Both the position numbers and the translations under genes were made by a program. Below are positions 11,620-20,500 of a stretch of DNA of 64,000 nucleotides, piece after piece. Positions within the stretch are counted from its first letter, which is position 1, and each line of letters starts with the position of its first letter. The stretch lies in the NCBI GenBank assembly GCA_004431415.1, contig QPMI01000109.1:1-64000 (forward strand). Reading direction: 5' to 3'. The stretch is from Cyanophora paradoxa CCMP329 (taxonomy: Eukaryota; Plantae; Glaucophyta). The notes under the pieces were generated by a model, which was not told the DNA's origin, ran no database searches, and saw only the letters and a program-made list of their open reading frames with translations.

Positions 11620-12674
11620 ATGACCTCCCTTTTAGAGATTCCAAACTATGAACTTGCCGCAAAATCACTCCATAGCACCTCTCATGGAGTAGTTGATTCA
11701 ACCCCTGGGTATATTTGTACTGAAACTTCAAGTAATACCTCTTTCACAGAGAATAATATACTCAGAGTCAAAGAAATTCGATGTGATAGAAATGGAGGCA
11801 AGATAAGAACCACAGGAATTATTATCTCGAATAAAAATCAGGATCAAGCAGGTCAAGTAGTCCCTGATTTGGCAGTCTATGATAATGTGGGTGGATTTAC
11901 CACAGCACAGATAGTTACTTTTGGTAACACAAGTAATAATTCTGCACTTGTGGTTAAAAGTGGAGGAGCCTACATTGGTGATGGAGCAAATGTAGCAGGA
12001 ACTGTCACAGCTAATCAATTAAATGTGGGTGGGATAAGTTCATTCACAGGATTGATGTCTTTGAATGGTGGTCTCTCAGGAAATATCCAATATGGAACTC
12101 TCACAGCTACTACAAGAATTAATGCACCTGAGGTAGATAATGGATCAGATACCAATGCGAACTATAAACGAAATGGTATTACGATTTTCTCTCTTGAAAA
12201 GATACCTTCCAATTTACAGACACCCACTCATTACGAAACTCTGACACTATCAAACGAAAAGTATTTGAAAAGAAATGGTTGCCCAAGATTTTTTGCTGCA
12301 AAGCAATCGCCAAATGGAGCTTTAACTTTCACAATACCTTCTGGATCTGGTCCAATAACTTCTTATGGAACAGAGTTGGTAGATCAGGGAAATTGCTTTG
12401 ACCCACAACAGGCACTTTTACAGCACCAATTGCTGGATGTTACAGGTTCTTCTTCTCAATTGGAACTTCATCGACAATATTTTATCTAATGATATACAAA
12501 AATGGAGCAGATACCGGATTGCAAGTGTATAACCAAGAAAAAGGTGGAGTCACTTGCTATGGACTTGACATTTTAATTAATCTTTCCCAAAATGACTCTA
12601 TACAACTTTATTATCCTTACTCAACATATCCCTCCCGTTTACTTTTTGGTGGGATGCTTGTGAGTTTAACATAA
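11620..12674 (+). CDS. Fibre-like protein 2: shared N-terminal module plus C1q-like tip (1 frameshift near 12405)
   Basis: After the shift the frame reads TTGTFTAPIAGCYRFFF...LMIYKNG...LINLSQNDSIQLY...FGGMLV, a C1q pattern. Confidence 0.8.
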
Positions 12675-12696
12675 TATTGTCTGTCTAATGTAAAGA

Positions 12697-13724
12697 ATGA
12701 CTACTCAGATAGCAGTACCTGTTTTCTGTTATGCAGCACCAAAAATACATCAACTTAATCACACTGTCACAGATGCTACACCAGGTTTTATTTGCACAGA
12801 GACAACAGGAGCTGATTCATTCTCTCAGAACTCTGTCATTAGATGCAAAGAAATAAGATGTGATCGCAATAATGGGAAGGTGAGAACCACAGGTCTCATA
12901 GTATCAAATAAAAACCAAGTCCAATCAGGATCGATTGTTTCAGATTCAGCAATTTATGATGATGTGGGAGGGTTCACCACACCCAAACTAATAAATTTTG
13001 ACAACACAAGCAATAATGCAGCTCTTGTTGTCAAGAGTGGAGGAGCTTACATTGGAGATGGGGCAAGGATTGATGGAAATCTTGCAGCCAATCAAGTAAA
13101 CATAACAGGAACAAGCACATTTACAGGGTTGGTGACAGCAAATGCTGGTATTTCGATACCCAATCAGTCCCAACAGATAATCCAAGCATTAACAAAAGTG
13201 ATTACTCCTGAAATAGATACTGGATCAGCCACAAATCTGCTTTTTAAACGCAATAGCAATACTGTGGCATTGCTTGAATCGAACTGTCTGACAATTAACA
13301 CACAGAACTATTTTAAATATCAGTCCCAACCAAGATTCTGTGTTCAGCTAAACTATAATCATACAGCAACAAGCGCCACTGCTTTGATAAATTGGGGAAT
13401 CGTTCATTTAAATCATCCTACAAATCATTTTGCAGTTGCTAATGGGAGATTTACTGCTCCTGTTTCAGGGCATTACCGTTTTTCAGCAGTTACCTTCTCA
13501 CAAGCCTCATCACTACCCATAGAGCTTACTCTTCAAGTAAATGATGCAAACCCAAGTGGTGTTGCAATAAATGTAATTGCCTCAAACACTGCTGGATACA
13601 AAACCATTTCGCTAAATTGTATTCTCTATATTGCTGCTAATGAGTATGTAACACTTGTTACAAATACAAATGGGTTTATTCTTCTAAAACAGCATTTGCA
13701 GGTGAGCTTATCAGCATCACATAA
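12697..13724 (+). CDS. Fibre-like protein 3: shared N-terminal module plus C1q-like tip (frameshift near 13678)
   Basis: 'GRFTAPVSGHYRFS'. The shifted frame ends 'TAFAGELISIT*' (TAA 13722-13724), parallel to the end of fibre 2. Confidence 0.78.
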
Positions 13725-13746
13725 ATTTTCTCACCATAAAATAGGA

Positions 13747-14013
13747 ATGTCGAATATCTACCAAGTAGTCCTCTCAGATACTGAAAAACTGGGAATGGAA
13801 TATTGCTCTGCTTCTGTTCAGAATTGGATTGACAATGCAGCCCACAACAGAGCAAGAATTGCAATTGATGAGATTGTTCAGAAAGAAATTCAGTCTTGCA
13901 TTTCGGGAGGAGTTCAAATACCAACCTCAAAGGAAGCTATTGTTTTACAGGCATTCCAAAGGGGGACTGTGAAAAAAGCAATCGAGTATAACATTGTCAC
14001 AGAAGAACTGTGA
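13747..14013 (+). CDS. Small 88-aa protein resembling phage proteins found downstream of tail-fibre genes (putative fibre chaperone)
   Basis: Own ATG after TAAAATAGGA; 'LSDTEKLGMEY..VQNWIDNAAHNRARIAIDEIV'. Fused to fibre 3 in the ORF track only because of the frameshift. Family resemblance is from memory. Confidence 0.6.
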   Translation: MSNIYQVVLSDTEKLGMEYCSASVQNWIDNAAHNRARIAIDEIVQKEIQSCISGGVQIPTSKEAIVLQAFQRGTVKKAIEYNIVTEEL

Positions 14014-14048
14014 ACATTATTTTTCTTTCCTTCTTAGTAAAAGAAGCA

Positions 14049-14893
14049 ATGGGTGAATATAATCGAGTTCAACTGCCTATATATTCCCTTGGATCCCCTG
14101 CAATGCATTTTCGCCAGCATGAAGTAAATGATGAGGTTCGTGGTTTAGAATCCACAGAGAGACCCAATTCCAATGGCAACTCCTTTGATAAAAATTCGAT
14201 TATTCGAGTTAAAGAGCTGAGAGCTGATAAGAATTCTGGTGTGGTTAAAACAACTCGACTTCTTGTCACAAATGCTAACTTTTTCCAGCCTACCAATGGA
14301 GGTCCTGATGCTTACAGTGTTGATCTGAAAGCCCTTGATTTCGATAAGAATTCTGCTGCTGTTACTGTGAGATCAGGAGGAGCATTTATTGGGGTGGCTG
14401 TCGAATTTCAGGTCAGCTTTCATCCTCAATTTCGTATAATGATGTCCCAGATACTCTAGAGCAAAATGTAGAAGACCCCCAACGAATTCGATTATATACT
14501 CCTGTTGCACAGCAGCCATTAATTCAATTTTACATTGGATATACTGTTACTCTTGAAAACTCGGAATTAATTGAAGGAACCAAAAGAGTACTGAGAGGTC
14601 TTGCGATTCCATCTGCAATGCTTTCCCTTTGTAGAGCCAACAACAATCAAGTAGGTCATAAATACTATTTCAATGTTCAGGGATATAATCATTTCGGTTA
14701 TGGCTACTGTGTTTATAATAATAATTTCACCTTTGACTTGTTTGTTACAGATATTGGGTTATATACTATAACTCTTATCGGTTTGAGAACAGATATAGCC
14801 GCTGTATCAGCTCTTAGAGGTGTAACTCCTGATACTCTTTCAGTTACAGGGTTTTACATGGAGCCAGATGTAATTGATGACCCAACCCCATAA
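14049..14893 (+). CDS. Fibre-like protein 4: shared N-terminal module plus distinct C-terminal domain (frameshift in G-run near 14392)
   Basis: One shift joins 'RSGGAFIG' to an open frame that continues into the 14618-14893 ORF. Confidence 0.75.
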
Positions 14894-14916
14894 AAGATAT
14901 ATCCCTTTAATGTAAA

Positions 14917-15750
14917 ATGGCTGAGCAACCCCCACTTGAACGAATTATTACACCACAGCTATCATTAGCTGCCCCAGCAAACCATGTTTTACAGCATGCT
15001 ACCTTTGATGATGTAGAGGGTCTCCAATCCACAGAGGTCCAACCTACAATGAACACCTTTGGTTCCACCCACAAACTGAGATTACAGGAACTCAGATGTG
15101 ATAAAAATAATGGAATAGTTAAGACAACTAAGCTACTTGTCACAAATGCAAACTTTTCTGCTCATTATGGAGACCCAGATAGCTATGGAGATCCTCTGTC
15201 TACTTATTCTTTTGAATCTAGGTCTGGAGCTATTAACTGCAAATCGGGGGGAGCTTATATTGGTGATGGTCTTAGGGTTGGTGGGGCTGTTGGAGCGCCT
15301 CTATTTGTGAATGATCAACCCAATCCCATTGATCCTAACACAAGAATTCGAACCTATGTCCCCAGCATGAATGCCCCATACATTATAAAGATATTCCCCA
15401 TTGTTGTAAATGAACAAACAGCAGTAGTAGACTCTCTTGTTGAAATTGGTGACCACTACAAGGTAGTTGTGGATATCCCACCAGATGTATATGCTGTATG
15501 TCAAGTAGAGGGTGGAACTCCTAATTTTGCAGTTGTGATCACCCCATATGATAATTTTGGTATTGCTTATCATGGAGTCAATTTCGGTTTGGAAGACTAT
15601 CAGTTTCTGGTGAGAGCCACCAAGTTTGGTATCTACAAGTGTGTATTATATGCTGAGAGAACCGATTTTATTGCAAGGCAGAATACCTATGCTGAGTATT
15701 ATGGCACAAATCGATATTTCCCCATTTTTGGGCAGGATACTGCTCCATAA
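14917..15750 (+). CDS. Fibre-like protein 5: shared N-terminal module plus C-terminal domain related to that of protein 4
   Basis: Intact 277-aa ORF with 'LRLQELRCDKNNGIVKTTKLLVTNANF...KSGGAYIGDG'. Confidence 0.8.
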   Translation: MAEQPPLERIITPQLSLAAPANHVLQHATFDDVEGLQSTEVQPTMNTFGSTHKLRLQELRCDKNNGIVKTTKLLVTNANFSAHYGDPDSYGDPLSTYSFESRSGAINCKSGGAYIGDGLRVGGAVGAPLFVNDQPNPIDPNTRIRTYVPSMNAPYIIKIFPIVVNEQTAVVDSLVEIGDHYKVVVDIPPDVYAVCQVEGGTPNFAVVITPYDNFGIAYHGVNFGLEDYQFLVRATKFGIYKCVLYAERTDFIARQNTYAEYYGTNRYFPIFGQDTAP

Positions 15751-15772
15751 GAATATTGGTTATATATAGAGT

Positions 15773-16045
15773 ATGGATAGTAAAACAAAAAAGTTTATTG
15801 ATGCTGCTATGACAGTTCATGGTAAAGATAAATTCGATTACAGTGAGACACATTACATCAAAGCTCAAGAGAAAGTATCTGTTAGATGTTTGCAGTGTAA
15901 CAAGGTGATCCTTACATATCCCTTTAATCATGTGAAGGGATCAGGTTGTAGGGAATGCAACAAAAAGCATTCTCAGGCTTACAGGAAAAGGGCTACTTCA
16001 TCAATCAAAGTAGAGTACAGGGATATTTGCATTAGGTTCGATTAG
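15773..16045 (+). CDS. DUF723-like zinc-ribbon protein
   Basis: 'KFIDAAMTVHGKDKFDYSETHY...KVSVRCLQC...PFNHVKGSGCREC'. Confidence 0.75.
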   Translation: MDSKTKKFIDAAMTVHGKDKFDYSETHYIKAQEKVSVRCLQCNKVILTYPFNHVKGSGCRECNKKHSQAYRKRATSSIKVEYRDICIRFD

Positions 16046-16074
16046 GATTAATTAATTTTTCTAAGGTATTCTTA

Positions 16075-16473
16075 ATGGAGACTAAATACAGAGGCTTTCA
16101 TGTAATGCTTGATTACAAGGCTAAAACAGCTATAGCAACAGGCTATGAGCATGTTAGCTTTCTTGGTAATTGGATTATGAGAACCCTTGAACAAGCAATA
16201 TTGAGACAAGGTATTAGGATTGTTCATAAACACTGTGAGATATTTGATGGCAAACTATCACCTCCTGGTTTTGCATTGGTTCTGCTATTAGATGAAAGCC
16301 ATTGCACAGCTCATTGTTATTCCAATGAAGGCATGTTAGCAATTGATATATTCAGTTGTGGTAAAGAAGCTCAGCATAAAACACAATCAGTAGCAGATGA
16401 GATCGATAAAACAATGAATTTCTTAACATTTGAGAAGACTGAGAGACATAAACATGATAGATTCCCGTTTTGA
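16075..16473 (+). CDS. speD: Pyruvoyl-dependent S-adenosylmethionine decarboxylase-family proenzyme (short prokaryotic type)
   Basis: 'GFHVMLD', 'PPGFALVLLLDESHCTAHCYSNEGMLAIDIFSCG' with the E-SH self-cleavage site; 132 aa. Confidence 0.88.
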   Translation: METKYRGFHVMLDYKAKTAIATGYEHVSFLGNWIMRTLEQAILRQGIRIVHKHCEIFDGKLSPPGFALVLLLDESHCTAHCYSNEGMLAIDIFSCGKEAQHKTQSVADEIDKTMNFLTFEKTERHKHDRFPF

Positions 16474-16523
16474 TGGGTTTCTATAATGAATTTCTAAAGG
16501 ATTCCTTTGTTTTCTAACAATAA

Positions 16524-16588
16524 CATTGATAAGCTACTGTAACAAAAAGATATAATATATCCTTTCACTACAGTAGCTTTATACAATG
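16524..16588 (+). terminator. Stem-loop downstream of the last viral gene
   Basis: Perfect 11-bp stem AAGCTACTGTA (16531-16541) / TACAGTAGCTT (16569-16579) with imperfect extensions on both sides. Function inferred. Confidence 0.45.
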
Positions 16589-16934
16589 ATTATTTTCCGG
16601 ATTCCGGACATTTTTTACGATAGAATTCTATTGTAAGTAATTGGAATAATGTTCGATTTCATTACAGTAAAACTCAACATTCCCCTAGATTCCCCCTATT
16701 ATATAATATTTATATTAAAGTGGACTCTAGGTTGACTCATATTAATCGTAAAAGTAGTAATAGTATATGGATTTTGTTACGAATTCAATGCAAGGGTTGA
16801 CTAAGTGGGTTGAGTTGACTCAAATTTCACAGGAAATAACAATGAATCAGAGTATAAAATGCATTTTTTGAATCAACTACACCAACTAACACTGAGATTT
16901 TCACAATATATGAGATCCTTACTGAATATGGTAT

Positions 16935-17025
16935 GTGTCACAGGTGTCACAGGTTTATCCCAGCTCAAGCCCTATAAAGAGTGATTTTCCCTTTCGATGG
17001 GATGGACCTGTGACACCTGTGACAC
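16935..17025. repeat. Inverted pair of tandem iterons (candidate replication origin)
   Basis: GTGTCACAGGTGTCACAGGT (16935-16954) and its perfect reverse complement at 17006-17025. Confidence 0.8.
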
Positions 17026-17279
17026 CCAATTATTCATTAAATTCCTAAGGGTCCCCCCTTAGACTCAATAAAACAATGATAAAAACATATAAGTTTCATG
17101 TATAATTACGATTGAATTCAATAAGAGATCGATTTGTTTTATTTAACAAATGAATCTTTTATGGATCTTAATCGAGTTTAGCGATATGTTTCCGATTAAA
17201 TGAATTAAATTTAATTAAATTTAATCGAGAAAGTACATGAATATAATATCGATTAAATCAATTAACTTTTAGACCAATC

Positions 17280-17562
17280 ACACATAGTAAAATGCGGAGT
17301 TTTAACCAGAGGCAAGATCTAATTGAGATTCAGTTATATTATTCGGAAATATATACAGATTATCGATAGACTCAGTAAGACTAATCGGAAAATAAGAGAA
17401 ATTTACGATAAAATATCGAAAAGAATACAAAATAATCGAAATAAATGAATATTCGATAAGATATACACAGATTATCGATTGATTGAAATAGAATATACGA
17501 GATATATCAACAAAATCAATTAAGATAAGCCGAGGGTTAAAACTCCGCATTTTACTATGTGT
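17280..17562. repeat. Terminal 283-bp unit bounded by a perfect 28-bp inverted repeat
   Basis: ACACATAGTAAAATGCGGAGTTTTAACC at 17280-17307 with reverse complement at 17535-17562, ending exactly at the AT/GC junction. Confidence 0.92.
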
Positions 17563-17587
17563 CCCGGCTGCAGCTGCAGATGCAGAC

Positions 17588-20500
17588 CTGCGGGTGGGCG
17601 AGGATGGCCTGCGCGATCACCGTGACCGCCTTCCTGCCCGGCCAGGCCTCCTTGCGAGCCGGCGGCGCCAGCCTGCCGGCGGCACGGCCCAGCACGTGCA
17701 GCTGCGCGTACAGGCTCGGGCCGCGCGGCGGGGCGAGGGCGCGCTGCAGCTGGGGGGTGCACGCGCACGGGGGTGCGGCCTCGGAGGTCGCGGGCGGCGA
17801 GGTCCGAGTGGGGCGCGAGGACGGCGGCGAGCTGCCCGTGCACCCACGCCTCGCTCCACCTGCCCCCGCCCGCCCCGCCCCCGTGAGCCTCGCCCGTGCG
17901 CGCCCGGTTGCCTCGAAGAAGCAGCGCACGAGGAAGCTGTGAGCAGGTGGAGGGGCGTGCTGCCCTCTCGGTTCTTCGCCTTCGCCGCCTGCCGAAGGGG
18001 GCGGATTGATTCCATTATTCCGAGGCGATAAACAATCGAATAAAGAGAAACGAGGGCCGAATTATGAGAAACGAGCTTCTAACTCGAACTCGCGCCTGAG
18101 GGCAGCGGGCGACGAGGAGGGGCACGATGAGGTCGCGGTCGGTCTTGCGGCCCACATAGGATGGCCCCAGGCAGAGGTGCAGCACCGTGTCGCCGTCCAT
18201 GTCCTGACCGCGAGGCGGTCGCGAGGCGGTCAGGAAATCGAATGGAGTCCGAAAGAAATCGCAAGGTATAATGTCGCACGGCGGTCAACACGTCGGAGTG
18301 CGGGAGGAACGCCTCGACGGCAGCGAGGTTCCCCGCCAGGCACGCCGCCATCAGCGGGGTGAGGCCTGCAAGGCGGCGAGGCGGCGCGGGCCGGGGCGCG
18401 GTCAGCTGCAGCTGCGGGCTAGCGCGCGCGCTGCGGCGCCGGCGCGCCCGTCGGGTCGCAGAGGGCGAGGGCGGCCTCCTTGTCCTCCTCCTCCTCCAGC
18501 ACCGTCGCCGGGTCCAGCCCCTGCCCACGTGCACGCCCTCCCCTCAGTCCCGGCCCGTGGGGCAGGGCCGGAGGGGAGATCTAGGCAGATTTGGATCTGA
18601 CGGGGTCGCGTGCCTTCTGAACAGCTGCGTAGTGCAGGACAGACTTGCCGTTCTCGTCTGGCAAATCGCTAATTAATATTCAACGGCAATTTCGATCGCG
18701 AATGGCGAGTGGAACGTCAGGACCGCGTTTTGCCACACTAGCGTATACAGCTAGCAAGCGCACGCGTCTGGAGAATTCACCCAAGCAGACATACATCGCG
18801 AGAACTTTATGAATAGGGGCGTCAGCGCCGGCGCGGCGCACCAAGCGGCTCAACGACGGCGCCCTTCAACGCGAAGAGGCGGCGAAGCTCCGCCTGCCGA
18901 CCCGGGGGCGTAACTGCCCAGCCTCGGGGAAGGCTCGAATAAAATTAAATGTGAAGTTGAGATCGGGTCGAGGTCTGGATCTTAAGCTTGGAAGCTTGGA
19001 AGCCTGCAACAGGAGGACGAGGACACGAGCTCAATCGGCGAGTTTAGCGAGGCGGACCTGGACGGCGGGGGGTAGGATCTTGTGGTCGCGCGCGAGCTCG
19101 CGGTAAACGCTGCTCCAGCCGTCCACCATAGGGCCCGGTGGCATCTGGCGACGACCCGCCGGCCCCAGGGGTTGGGGGAGGAAGAGGAGGAAAGTTCGAA
19201 GGGAAGTTAAATATAATCCTAGAGCGACACGAAACTGAGCTGCGCGGCTTTGCACCTCCTTGATGAGGCACAAAATGGGCGACGGGAGCCCCGCGGGCCG
19301 CGCCTCCGGGTCCGCCCCCGCCTCCAGCAGCCTTCGGGGCGCTCAGCGCGCGCGCAAGCTTGAGGCTTTGCTGGACTGGGGCGCGGACTTTCGGACGAGG
19401 TTCACAGAGTGGTTCATGCAGGCGCCGTACAGGGGGGTTGCGCCCTTGCAGCTCGCGTTTAGGTCGATGCCCCGGGCTACCGCCGATTGCGAGAGCAGCT
19501 TCTGCGCAGCACACGCAACGTCAACGGTCCCGCATCGCGGAGGCGCGCGTCGACGTTCCGGCAAGGCCTAGGGATCCCAGGGGCCGGGCCGGGGGAGGGG
19601 GGAGGGGGGAAGGGGTGGGGTGTGGGGGGGGGTGGGGGGGGGGGGGGGGGGGGGGGGAAGGGGCGCACATCGACGGTTTCCTCGCAGTTGGAGAGCGCGG
19701 CAACGTAGAGTGGTGTCCGTCCTTCGTTGTCAGTGGCGTTCACGTCGACCTCGGGGCGCACTGAGTGGCAGCGAAGATGGTCACGAGGAGCGCATAGAAG
19801 TATTCGATTGCGGGGTGATAAACGAGGGCACCCAACAGCATAGCGACGACCGTGGCTCGCACGAGGGCCTCGAGCTCGGCCGGCGCGAGCGGCGCGAGCC
19901 GACGTCCGCCCGCTGCCTCGTGGAGGGGAGAGAAGCCACCGGGCCCGGGGATTCCCGCATTGGCCCGGGGCCCGGGGCGCTCCTGGTCGATGTCGAGCAG
20001 GGCCGTGATGCAGTTTAAGCATTCGCTCAAAGCTGCGCATGCAGAAGCTGATTCCGGAGCTGCGGCGCTCGATACGATATAGATCTCATGATCAGCAGAA
20101 GCTGAAATTTTAAAGGCGGACGCTCTCGCGAACAGTGAAGAGAATAACACGCGCATGCGATGACGCACATAAGAATTTTGCACCGATGTTGGAGATGGCG
20201 AGGAAGAGAGCCGTGCGGCCGGAGTTGTCTGCGCATGCCCACGCCTCAAAAACCGATGGCGAGAGGACCTGGCGAGGAGCTCGTGACCTCGCGCGTTGAT
20301 GACGTCGGGCCGGGCTTCGAGGATCGCGCTCAAGTCCCTGGACCGGCTGCTCTTGGCGGCGACGTGGAGGGCCGTCTGGCCGAGCGCGTCCGTCAGGGAG
20401 GGGTCGGCGCCGAGCTCCAGCAGACCCGCGATCTCGAGCGGCCTCGGACTGGAGGATGCAGGGGGGAACACGTCAAAGGAGTCATGATCAGCGAAAGCTA

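Larger units (their letters stand above)
1..17562. mobile_element. Endogenous dsDNA virus (Polinton-like / dwarf NCLDV-like), right portion; left end outside window
   Basis: Abrupt switch from AT-rich, intron-less, tightly packed ORFs to GC-rich intron-rich DNA at 17562/17563. Contains packaging ATPase, DJR-type MCP, penton-like and fibre genes, and a structured non-coding terminus. Confidence 0.9.

Noticed and set aside
12697-14013. Single 438-aa ORF as listed in the ORF track
   Set aside because: A frameshift near 13678 artificially fuses fibre 3 to the next gene; the C1q domain ends properly in another frame at 13724.
1-14893. Programmed ribosomal frameshifting in the viral genes
   Set aside because: Too many sites, inside conserved domains, with no consistent slippery motif; sequencing error or decay is simpler.
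1-17562. Bacterial prophage or bacterial contamination
   Set aside because: Despite phage-like fibres and speD, there is no terminase, portal or HK97 capsid and no consistent Shine-Dalgarno pattern; the ATPase, MCP and pentons are of the eukaryotic DJR-virus type.
19620-19657. Long G/C homopolymer runs (also near 26000, 38830 and 55920) as functional G-quadruplex elements
   Set aside because: They lie in introns or repeats and their lengths are unreliable in long-read assemblies.
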